Assembly: GCA_026389555.1 (NCBI GenBank)
Contig: JAPLHQ010000072.1
Location: 23,215 to 87,214 of the forward strand
Reading direction: 5' to 3'
DNA length: 64,000 nucleotides
Source of the DNA: Chloroflexota bacterium
GTDB lineage: Bacteria > Chloroflexota > Limnocylindria > Limnocylindrales > Limnocylindraceae
Positions 38,885 to 46,663 of the stretch are shown here, in pieces (positions within the stretch are counted from its first letter, which is position 1; every line of letters begins with the position of its first letter). The translations under genes and the position numbers were made by a program. Below the pieces are notes generated by a model, which did not search any database, was not told where the DNA came from, and was given only the letters and a program-made list of their open reading frames with translations.

Positions 38885-39505
38885 GTGGAGATGATTGGAC
38901 CGTTCCCTCGACGTACGCTCATCCGAATCGGCGCACTCGCACTCCTTGCCGCCGTCCTCCTCGCGCTCGCGGGCACAAACATCCCAACCAGCACGACTCC
39001 TCCGCTCGGCATCAACGCTGATGGGCGCTACGTGATTGACCCTGACGCGACCGGGCCCGTGATTGACAGCGAGTTCGCCATCCCTGCCGAAGCGCTCCTT
39101 GCGGACGGCAGCAGCTACGGCGAAGCGGTGGATGCGCGCGCAGCTGCAGGGCTCCCACCGATCCAACTCATCATCGTTGACCTCTTCGCCACCTGGTGTC
39201 CGCCATGCCAACAGGAGACGCCAATCCTTCGCGCCTTTGATCGCGCCTATCGCGAGCGCGGACTTCAGATCATCGGCATCTCTGTGCAGGAGCTGCAAGG
39301 GAGTGTGTCTGCCTATGCGGAACGCTACGGGCTGGAGTATCCGATCGTTCTAGATGCGGATGGCGCGCTCTTTCGTGCCGCTGCGGCGGGTGGCCTCCCA
39401 ACAAAGATCCTGCTCGATCCGAGCGGTCGCGTCCTCGCCGTCCTGCCGAGGCCCTTCACCGCGGCCGACGGTGCAACGCTCATTGAGCCGCTCTTAACTC
39501 CGTAG
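38885..39505 (+). CDS. resA: TlpA/ResA-like thiol-disulfide oxidoreductase (membrane-anchored thioredoxin)
   Basis: N-terminal signal anchor; DLFATWCPPCQQETP (WCxxC); thioredoxin fold. Confidence 0.8.
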   Translation: MEMIGPFPRRTLIRIGALALLAAVLLALAGTNIPTSTTPPLGINADGRYVIDPDATGPVIDSEFAIPAEALLADGSSYGEAVDARAAAGLPPIQLIIVDLFATWCPPCQQETPILRAFDRAYRERGLQIIGISVQELQGSVSAYAERYGLEYPIVLDADGALFRAAAAGGLPTKILLDPSGRVLAVLPRPFTAADGATLIEPLLTP

Positions 39506-39540
39506 CGAAGTCGGACAGCGAGGGCTATGCGCTACACGCC

Positions 39541-40401
39541 CTATTCGGCAACAAAGCGGAAGCGATCGCGATCCGCAACAAGGTGGCCGACTGGTGCCTC
39601 TAGCTCATGGCTCTGCACGATGAGCCACTGCTCTGCCGCAGCCTCGGCAAAGATTGCCGCCTTCGCATCAACGGAGACCCAAGCGGCATCGTCATAGGAT
39701 GTGACCCAGCGCGGATTCGCCTGCCACGGGCGCATAAACAGATCGCCCATGAAGAGCAGCGTCCGTTCGCTCCCACGAATGATCGTCGCCTGTGATCCGG
39801 GCGTATGCCCGCCAAGTAGGCGCAGCTCAACCTGCGGGAGGAGCTGGCGTTCTGAGATGAACGGCTCCGGCTCCGATTCGGCAAAGAGCGCCTGCAGGAG
39901 CGGTGCGTCGTAGGCGGCGCGGGCCCGCGCCGAACGACTCGCCACAGCGTCAATCTCCGCCTGCGGCGCGACGATCGTCGCCTTCGGGAAGGCGGCGGCT
40001 CCGCTGCTGGTGACGAGACCGCCAGCATGGTCACGATGTAGATGGCTCGGTAGGACGAAGCGCAGCGCATCCACATCTATCCCTGCCGCAAGGAGTGCAT
40101 CACGTGCGCTCACAGAGTGCACAAGCTCATCCTCTTGTGTGCTTCCTGCGGCGAGCATCCCCGTCTCGAGCAACAGGCTCGCGGAACCCGTCTGCGCATG
40201 GAGGATATTCAGTGACTGCAGCAGGCGTGACGCGGCATCAATCTCTGTGTGAACGAGCGGCTCCCACGTGGTGCGCGGCACAGGACCGAAGATGGCACCC
40301 GCATCGCTGCGGAAGGTTCCGATCTGCAGCAGATCTACTCTGACCCCACCGAGATCGATACGGCGAGGTGGTCGCGGTCCACTCAACGGAGCGGCGCTCA
40401 T
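39541..40401 (-). CDS. MBL-fold metallo-hydrolase
   Basis: LPSHLHRDHAGGL (HxHxDH) and a downstream GGHTPGSQATII His motif. Confidence 0.7.
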   Translation of the reverse strand: MSAAPLSGPRPPRRIDLGGVRVDLLQIGTFRSDAGAIFGPVPRTTWEPLVHTEIDAASRLLQSLNILHAQTGSASLLLETGMLAAGSTQEDELVHSVSARDALLAAGIDVDALRFVLPSHLHRDHAGGLVTSSGAAAFPKATIVAPQAEIDAVASRSARARAAYDAPLLQALFAESEPEPFISERQLLPQVELRLLGGHTPGSQATIIRGSERTLLFMGDLFMRPWQANPRWVTSYDDAAWVSVDAKAAIFAEAAAEQWLIVQSHELEAPVGHLVADRDRFRFVAE

Positions 40402-40404
40402 CCC

Positions 40405-40998
40405 CTACGAGCGCTCGGTCTCACGTCGCGTGGCATCAAAGTCAACGTGGATCGCTGATGCGGTTGGCTCCGTCTGCCCCTGATAGCGACTGCGCAGCTC
40501 CTTGCTGCCATATGGCTGATCCACGGTGCTCGACATGCGATGGAAGGAGATCTGGCCGATCTTCATCCCTGGATAGAGGGCGATCGGGAGCCGCGCGACG
40601 TTGCCAAGTTCGAGCGTTAGGTTCCCAATCCAGCCGGGATCAACGTATCCGGCGGTTGAGTGAATCAAGAGGCCGAGTCGACCGAGTGACGACTTCCCGT
40701 CAAGCCGACCGAGGAGTGCGTTGCCAACACTGATCCGCTCAAGCGTCTGACCCAAGACGAACTCGCCTGGGTGCAGCATGAAGCGCTCCCCTTCCCCCAC
40801 CACCTCAAGATCGGTGAGCTCCGGCTGCTCAGCGCGCGGATCAATGTAGCCGTAGCGGTTATTGCGGAAGACGCGGAAGGTGCGGTCGAGGTGTAGGTCA
40901 ATTGAAGCCGGCTGCACATCGCGATCGTCAAACGGCTCAACCGCAATCTCACCAGAGACGAGTGCGGCGCGCAGGTCGCGATCAGAGAGGACGCTCAT
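40405..40998 (-). CDS. dcd: dCTP deaminase
   Basis: MSVLSDRDLRAAL...PASIDLHLD...GRLDGKSSLGRLGLLIHSTAGYVDPGW. Confidence 0.92.
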   Translation of the reverse strand: MSVLSDRDLRAALVSGEIAVEPFDDRDVQPASIDLHLDRTFRVFRNNRYGYIDPRAEQPELTDLEVVGEGERFMLHPGEFVLGQTLERISVGNALLGRLDGKSSLGRLGLLIHSTAGYVDPGWIGNLTLELGNVARLPIALYPGMKIGQISFHRMSSTVDQPYGSKELRSRYQGQTEPTASAIHVDFDATRRETERS

Positions 40999-41501
40999 GC
41001 TTCGCTCTCCACAGAAGGGCGACGGCGGCGCTTTCCACCACCAGCCCCCTTCTCCTCTACGAGCGTGTCGACTTCGCGCTTCAGGGTGGCGAGGTCCTCA
41101 AACGACTGGTAGACGCTCGCGAATCGGATGTAGCCGATCTGATCAATCTCACGCAGTGCCGCCATGGCGAGTGCGCCGATGCGCGCCGTAGAGATCTCCG
41201 TTGACCCGCTGGCACGAATCTGCGCCTCGATTGCCTCCATTGCGCGCTCTGGCGCATCAACGGGGACCGGGCGACGAACAAGTGCGGTGCGTAGGCCATC
41301 AAGCAGCTTCAGCGCGTCGTACTCCTCGCGCAAGCCGGAGCGCTTCACCACGTAGAGCTTGGCAAGTTCGGCGCGCTCATAGGTGGTGACACGGGTGCCG
41401 CAGATACGGCAGGCACGGCGACGACGGATGACGCTCCCTTCATCGAGGTCGCGTGAATCCACCACCCGCGTGTCGGGCTCTTTGCAGGACGGACAGCGCA
41501 C
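40995..41501 (-). CDS. nrdR: transcriptional repressor NrdR
   Basis: MRCPSCKEPDTRVVDSRDLDEGSVIRRRRACRICGTRVTTYE (Zn ribbon) plus an ATP-cone. Confidence 0.93.
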   Translation of the reverse strand: MRCPSCKEPDTRVVDSRDLDEGSVIRRRRACRICGTRVTTYERAELAKLYVVKRSGLREEYDALKLLDGLRTALVRRPVPVDAPERAMEAIEAQIRASGSTEISTARIGALAMAALREIDQIGYIRFASVYQSFEDLATLKREVDTLVEEKGAGGGKRRRRPSVESEA

Positions 41502-41597
41502 TGAGCCTCCTCGTCTCTCCCACCCATTGTGGTGGTACGCCGAGTCTACACACGCTCTAGCGGCCCTGAGTAGCCCCGAGGAGGGCGTAGCGGGCGG

Positions 41598-42083
41598 TCA
41601 GCCGTGGTCGACAGGCCCTGCGATCGTCTCGCAGGCGTGCTCCAGCACCGGGAGAAGGATGGCGAGACCATCGCGGACTGCGCCGCTCCCACCAGGCATG
41701 TTGACGATCAGACTGCCGCGCAGGACGCCTGCAACGCCGCGCGAGAGGATCGCCGCCGGCGTCTGCGAGCGACCGAGCATGCGAATCGCTTCTGGAATGC
41801 CTGGGATCTCTCGCTCAAGAAGCGGCTTCGTTGCATCAGGTGTTACATCACGCGGCGTCAGTCCCGTGCCACCTGTTGTCAAGATGACGTTGACACTCCC
41901 CGCGCGTTCACTCAGCAGTGCGCTGATCTGGTCGCGCTCGTCTGGAACTGTTGCGCGAGAGACCTCCCAGCCGTGCGCCTCCATTGCGGCGGCGGCGAGG
42001 GTTCCCGAGCGATCTTCTCGCGTCCCAGCGGAGACTGAGTCGCTCACCGTGACAATAAGGACGCTGCGCTTCTCGTCAGCCAT
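41598..42083 (-). CDS. moaB: molybdenum cofactor biosynthesis protein MoaB/MogA family
   Basis: MADEKRSVLIVTVSDSVSAGTREDRSGTLAAA...ILTTGGTGLTPRDVTPDA. Start set at the internal Met; overlaps the moaC end by 8 nt. Confidence 0.85.
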   Translation of the reverse strand: MADEKRSVLIVTVSDSVSAGTREDRSGTLAAAAMEAHGWEVSRATVPDERDQISALLSERAGSVNVILTTGGTGLTPRDVTPDATKPLLEREIPGIPEAIRMLGRSQTPAAILSRGVAGVLRGSLIVNMPGGSGAVRDGLAILLPVLEHACETIAGPVDHG

Positions 42084-42561
42084 CTCGCCTCCACGTGCCA
42101 CTCGCGCCGCCAGACTTCTCCAAAAGCTGCGTTGGCCCAATGACCGCACCCCGATCAATCGCCTTGATCATGTCGTAGACGGTGAGCGCCGCAACTGAGG
42201 CGGCGGTGAGTGCCTCCATCTCTACTCCGGTCTGTCCGGTGCAGTGCACCTCGGCGCGGATCGTTACCGCACCAGCGGCACGATCCACCGAACAGTCAAC
42301 CTGCACCAGTGAGAGAGCGAGTGGGTGGCAGAGTGGGATCAGCTCGGCGGTACGCTTCGCCGCCTGGACGCCAGCAAGTTCGGCGGTACTCAGGACCGCA
42401 CCCTTCGGTGTCTCTCCGCGCTCAATCAGATCAAGTACTTCGGCGGAGACGGCGACGCGGCTCGCAGCAACGGCGCGCCGATCGGTGATGGGCTTCGCGC
42501 CAACATCAACCATCGTTGCGCGCCCATCTGCACCAACATGCGTGAGGCGTTGCTCTTCCAT
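42076..42561 (-). CDS. moaC: cyclic pyranopterin monophosphate synthase MoaC
   Basis: LTHVGADGRATMVDVGAKPITDRRAVA...AELIPLCHPLAL...GVEMEALTAASVAALTVYDMIKA. Confidence 0.93.
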   Translation of the reverse strand: MEEQRLTHVGADGRATMVDVGAKPITDRRAVAASRVAVSAEVLDLIERGETPKGAVLSTAELAGVQAAKRTAELIPLCHPLALSLVQVDCSVDRAAGAVTIRAEVHCTGQTGVEMEALTAASVAALTVYDMIKAIDRGAVIGPTQLLEKSGGASGTWRRDG

Positions 42562-42570
42562 GCGCTGATC

Positions 42571-43929
42571 CTAGCCGTTTGGCGCGGTGATGCGACGTGA
42601 TGCGCGCGGAAGTGGATGCAGCTCAATCACTTCGCCAGCGGCGTACTCAGCAATCTCTTCTGGCACGACCCCCAAATAGTCGGTCCGCGCCAGCACTGAG
42701 ACCTGATGGCTCCCCTGCTCGCCTGCCAGTCGTACCCGTACGCGACCTAATGGATCGTGCAGCGATGCGCCGTCTTCGTCGCGGAGTGCAGCGAGGCGAA
42801 GGAAGGAGCGCCTCCCGAGCGGACTCTCGACGCGCTCCTCAAGCAGTCCAACAGCTCGTAGCCCGCGTGCCGGTCGTCCGCAGAGCGCCCGAAGGAGTGG
42901 GAGCGCAACCTCAACGCCTACGACAAACGCACTCACCGGATTCCCAGGGAGGCCGATCGCCCAGAGTGCGCCATCGCCGCCAGCGCGCCGTCGACCGAGG
43001 AGGAGTGGCTTCCCGGGTTGAATTGCAAGGCGCCAGACGACGAGCTCAAAGGTCGTTGCGAGCGCTGCACCAACATGATCGTGCGCGCCCACGCTGACTC
43101 CTCCTGTTGTCACCAGCAGGTCAGCCTGCGCGGCGAGCGCGGCAACGACCGCACCGGTTGCCTCGGCCGTATCACCAACATGTGCACGCGCAACGACCTC
43201 GCCTCCTTCCGCAGCAATGAGTGCGGCGAGAGCGGGGCCATTACTGTCGCGAATCCCTCCATCAGCCGCGTCGTTGAGTAGTTCATCACCCGTTGTCAGC
43301 AGTGCAACCCTTGGTCGCCGCACAAGGGAGAGATCCGCTGCACCACTCGAAAAGATGACGGCGAGCAGCCCAGCATCAATCGTCGCACCGGCTTCAGCGA
43401 GAAGACTCCCCACGCGCTGATCCTCGCCGCGTCGGCGAATGTGCGCACCGACTTTGACGCGACCGCTCACCCATACATGCGCTGGAAGCTGCGCTGGGAC
43501 GCGCTGCAGTCGTACTCCGCCGCGATCTGGATCCGCGATGCTGCTCCGCTCCACAGGGATCACTGTTGTGCCACCTTCTGGAATTGGTGCGCCAGTAGCA
43601 ATGCGCTGACACTCTCCATCGCGCAGCGGCGCGGCACTTAGTGCGCGACCTGCAGCCGCATCTCCAACGCAGGCGAGTCGCCGCGGCGCGCCGCTGGACG
43701 CTCCATCCCCATCAGCCAACGTCGTAACCCAGCCATCCATTGCCGAAACATCAAACGGGGGGTGATCAACAGCCGCGTAGAGCGGTTCGGCGAGCGTCCG
43801 CCCGATCAGCGAGGCGGCTGTCTCATCACTAATAGCGATTCGCTCCGCAGGGAGCGGCGTGACCTGCGCCAAGAGACGGGCAAGAAGATCGTCAATGCGC
43901 TCAAGCTCCGCTGGAACCGGCTCGCTCAC
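42571..43929 (-). CDS. moeA: molybdopterin molybdenumtransferase MoeA
   Basis: ...VTPLPAERIAISDETAASLIGRTLAEPLYAAVDHPPFDVSAMDGWV and a GGVSVGAHD MoCF-binding domain. The track start at 44001 overlaps the upstream gene. Alignment to the MoeA N-terminus puts the true start near 43917-43929. Confidence 0.88.
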   Translation of the reverse strand: MSEPVPAELERIDDLLARLLAQVTPLPAERIAISDETAASLIGRTLAEPLYAAVDHPPFDVSAMDGWVTTLADGDGASSGAPRRLACVGDAAAGRALSAAPLRDGECQRIATGAPIPEGGTTVIPVERSSIADPDRGGVRLQRVPAQLPAHVWVSGRVKVGAHIRRRGEDQRVGSLLAEAGATIDAGLLAVIFSSGAADLSLVRRPRVALLTTGDELLNDAADGGIRDSNGPALAALIAAEGGEVVARAHVGDTAEATGAVVAALAAQADLLVTTGGVSVGAHDHVGAALATTFELVVWRLAIQPGKPLLLGRRRAGGDGALWAIGLPGNPVSAFVVGVEVALPLLRALCGRPARGLRAVGLLEERVESPLGRRSFLRLAALRDEDGASLHDPLGRVRVRLAGEQGSHQVSVLARTDYLGVVPEEIAEYAAGEVIELHPLPRASRRITAPNG

Positions 43930-45470
43930 TGAAGGCTCTGGAGCAGAAGGATTGAGGCGACCGCTCCGAGCGGTGCGTTGAGCCAGAGGAATCGGCGCCA
44001 TGCAGCACGGGCCGCCCCCCAGCTTGGCCTCCCACGGAGAAGTGGGAGCACCGAGCAGCCGCTTGCGATCGGAATAGCCGCAGCGAGCTGCATCAGCAGG
44101 TTGGGCTGAGCAAGGAGTGGTAGTGCGGCGAGCAGATAGACGAGCAGAATCATCTGCGGGGTACGGCGCTCCCCAAGCAGTGTTGCGACTGTGGCAATCC
44201 CGCTTCGCTTGTCAGCCGACACGTCTTGCAGCGCGCCAAGCGCATGGCTCGCAACGCCCCAGAGCGCAAGGGCCAGAAGTGGCGCGATCCACGCTGAATC
44301 CAACGTGACGCCGAGGAGGAGCCCTGCGGCCGGCGGGATCAGAAAATGTATTGAGGAGACAGCCGAGTCAAGCAGTGGAACCGCACGCGCCCGCACAAGC
44401 CAGGGAGCGCTGTAGAGCGTTGCAAAGAGGATCGCAATCAGCGGCAGAAGGTTCGCCGGCGCAGGGAGGGCGATCGCCATAATCAGCGCCGGCACCAGTC
44501 CCGCCGCCACGAGCGCAACGCGAAGCGGGGCAAGGTCGCGGCCGCGAAGGAGCGCACCCTCCGCACCACCCTTGCGCGGATTTGCCGCGTCACTGGCACG
44601 GTCGTAGAGATCATTGATGCCGTAGAGGTAGAGGTTGTACCCAGCTCCCCACCAGAGGATCGGAGCAAGCAGCCATCCGCCGAGCGTCTCTCCAGCACCG
44701 GCGGCGAGCACACCTCCAACGAATGGGAGCGCGGTGTTTACCCACGAGATTGGCCGCGCAGCGAGGAAGATCCTCCATGCGCTCCCCTCCCCTAGCAGCA
44801 CCTCTGCACGCAAGCGCAACGCCACACCTGCGAGCCCAACGGCATAAAGCAGATCCTCGACTGGCGCTGCGCCAAGCAAGACGCCACTACGTGGCTCCCC
44901 TGGATACGTCAGCACTCCTAGGTGGCAGAGCACGTTATCGAAGATCAGTGTCAACACGATGAAGACGAACGCAGCGACGCGAGTACCGTGATCGCGCCGT
45001 AGTAGTTGCGCGGCAAGCGCCACCCCCGCTCCGGCAAGCACCCCAGCCGCAACGCTGTATTCAGCGCCACTCAAGAGCGCCAGCAGCAACCCGCCACTCA
45101 GTGCGCCAATGCAGGCATCGAACACGCCGCGAGGAAGACCGAGCGTTACGCCGCTGGAAACTCTCCCCTTCCCAACAGCATCAGCAACAACCACAAGAAG
45201 TGATGTGATGCCGAAGAGGAGGAGTGGCTCTTCAATAGGAAACCCGCGACCGAGAGGGCCAGCGCCAGGGAGGGAGAGCACCGTTGCGCTAGAAGGTGTC
45301 GCAAACCACCCTCGAGCGAGCCCAAGTGTATCCACGAGCAGAAACCCAATCGTCGTTGCAATCACAACCGGAAGTAGCACCTCGCGTCGCGTCTGCCGAC
45401 TCCAGCGCAGCGCAAGGCCACGGATGCCAACGATCGAGCCGATGATTGAAAGCAGATAGAGCGCGCTCAT
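43926..45470 (-). CDS. membrane fusion protein: N-terminal lycopene-cyclase-domain half (CrtYc/Yd-like) + C-terminal UbiA-family prenyltransferase (lycopene elongase-like)
   Basis: N-terminal 110 aa has three TM helices and GFPIEEPLLLFGITSLL (PxEE-xxF cyclase-domain signature). C-terminus has YGINDLYDRASDAANPRKGG (NDxxDxxxD), ALQDVSADKRSGIATVA (DxxxD..G..T) and multiple TM helices. Confidence 0.6.
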   Translation of the reverse strand: MSALYLLSIIGSIVGIRGLALRWSRQTRREVLLPVVIATTIGFLLVDTLGLARGWFATPSSATVLSLPGAGPLGRGFPIEEPLLLFGITSLLVVVADAVGKGRVSSGVTLGLPRGVFDACIGALSGGLLLALLSGAEYSVAAGVLAGAGVALAAQLLRRDHGTRVAAFVFIVLTLIFDNVLCHLGVLTYPGEPRSGVLLGAAPVEDLLYAVGLAGVALRLRAEVLLGEGSAWRIFLAARPISWVNTALPFVGGVLAAGAGETLGGWLLAPILWWGAGYNLYLYGINDLYDRASDAANPRKGGAEGALLRGRDLAPLRVALVAAGLVPALIMAIALPAPANLLPLIAILFATLYSAPWLVRARAVPLLDSAVSSIHFLIPPAAGLLLGVTLDSAWIAPLLALALWGVASHALGALQDVSADKRSGIATVATLLGERRTPQMILLVYLLAALPLLAQPNLLMQLAAAIPIASGCSVLPLLRGRPSWGAARAAWRRFLWLNAPLGAVASILLLQSLQ

Positions 45471-46217
45471 CTATCGCCTCCGTCGTCGTGCGGCACGGAA
45501 GCCGGCCGCCGCGGTAACGACGAGCACAGCACAGAATCCAATCGCCGCCGCCACCCAGAAGGTTTCGGGGTAGAGCTGCACCAGACGATCCGTTGCGGGA
45601 TTAAATGTCCAGGTCCCTGCTGGGAAGAGCAGCTGATGTGCTGCGGTGAACGTTGCATCAAAGGCGAAGAGGAAGGCGCCTCCAACGAGCGCAGCTCCCG
45701 CGCCAAGCAGCACCGCTCCATCGCGAACCCCTTGCAGCGCCCATCGCCTTCGTCGCACGGCGAGCAGAGAGAGGAGAGCAAACGCACCTGCGCCGACCAG
45801 AACGAGCGCACGAAAGAGGACGCCAACATCTACAAGATGTGAGCGTTCAGCAGCGCTCAAGAAGACGTCGTCGCCCAGTTGTGCGTTAAAGGCTCCACCG
45901 AAGAGGAGATCGCGTACGAGCGCATCAGAGAGCGCATACGCAGTCGGTGGTTCAACTCCGAGAAGGGCGGGGGCGCTCGAAAGGTCGAGCAGCGCATGGA
46001 CGACGGGTGGAAGAAGGAAGAGGAGCAGCGTGAGAGCGAGCAGCGCAACCAGCACCACAACGGCCAGCAGCGCTCGCCGCGCGACGCGGCGCAACGCGTT
46101 CACGCGTCGACGAGGACGCGACCCTGCTCCCACCATGACCTGACTGAGAGCGGATCTGGCGCAACTCGTCCGAGCAGGACTGCCGCTCGTGTTACCGCAG
46201 CCTGGAAGTCTCCCCAC
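45471..46217 (-). CDS. DUF1461/TIGR01906-type integral membrane protein (Lit-like, lipoprotein intramolecular transacylase family)
   Basis: TM helix; DLSSAPALLGVEP; FLSAAERSHLVDVGVLF (E..H..DV motif I associate with DUF1461/Lit); a further TM block. Start codon is GTG per the track and the N-terminus is uncertain. Stop abuts the start of the downstream fusion gene. Confidence 0.45.
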   Translation of the reverse strand: MGRLPGCGNTSGSPARTSCARSALSQVMVGAGSRPRRRVNALRRVARRALLAVVVLVALLALTLLLFLLPPVVHALLDLSSAPALLGVEPPTAYALSDALVRDLLFGGAFNAQLGDDVFLSAAERSHLVDVGVLFRALVLVGAGAFALLSLLAVRRRRWALQGVRDGAVLLGAGAALVGGAFLFAFDATFTAAHQLLFPAGTWTFNPATDRLVQLYPETFWVAAAIGFCAVLVVTAAAGFRAARRRRR

Positions 46218-46528
46218 TCGCTCTCCGCGAGTGCCTGAATCCCGGGGTAGCCCGCCGCTGCGAGCAGCTGATGTTCGGATGGGCCGAAGAAGGCGAGATT
46301 CAGGAGCAGTGCCTCATCTCGCCACTCGCCAACATCGGCAAGGGAGGCGTCGGTCTGGTCGGCAAGGGTCTGGCGACGTGTTGGGGTCTCGCTCCGTTCA
46401 AGGAGGAGGCCCGTTGTGAAGATCCCCTGCGCCTCAAGGCGCGCGAGGTGGACCGGCTCGATGCGTGTGAGCTGAACGATCGCTGGCATCAGTACCTCCT
46501 CGCGGCATCGTAGCGCCTCCCCCCTCAC
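46100..46528 (-). CDS. DUF4332 domain protein (tandem HhH-like motifs)
   Basis: LTRIEPVHLARLEAQGIFTTGLLLERSETPTRRQTLADQTDASLADVGEWRDEALLLNLAFFGPSEHQLLAAAGYPGIQALAE fits the DUF4332 two-repeat pattern. Probable start is Met at 46489. Confidence 0.5.
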   Translation of the reverse strand: MRGEALRCREEVLMPAIVQLTRIEPVHLARLEAQGIFTTGLLLERSETPTRRQTLADQTDASLADVGEWRDEALLLNLAFFGPSEHQLLAAAGYPGIQALAESEWGDFQAAVTRAAVLLGRVAPDPLSVRSWWEQGRVLVDA

Positions 46529-46541
46529 AGGCGTGCCGAGG

Positions 46542-46570
46542 CAGGCTCAATTGTTACAAACAACAGCCTG
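46542..46570. promoter_or_regulatory. imperfect palindrome/candidate operator in the divergent promoter region between the DUF4332 operon and the rhodopsin gene
   Basis: CAGGCT-CAA-TTGTT-ACA-AACAA-C-AGCCTG (outer 6-bp and inner 5-bp inverted repeats). A -10-like CATAAT lies at 46614-46619. RBS AGGGAGGG at 46653-46660, 3 nt before the ATG. Confidence 0.35.
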
Positions 46571-46663
46571 CGCAACCCCCGTAGCGGCTAGTGAATCTTT
46601 CGGTCATTTGCGCCATAATCGCCCCAGCGGTGCGTTGTGCCGCCAAAAGGTTAGGGAGGGTCA

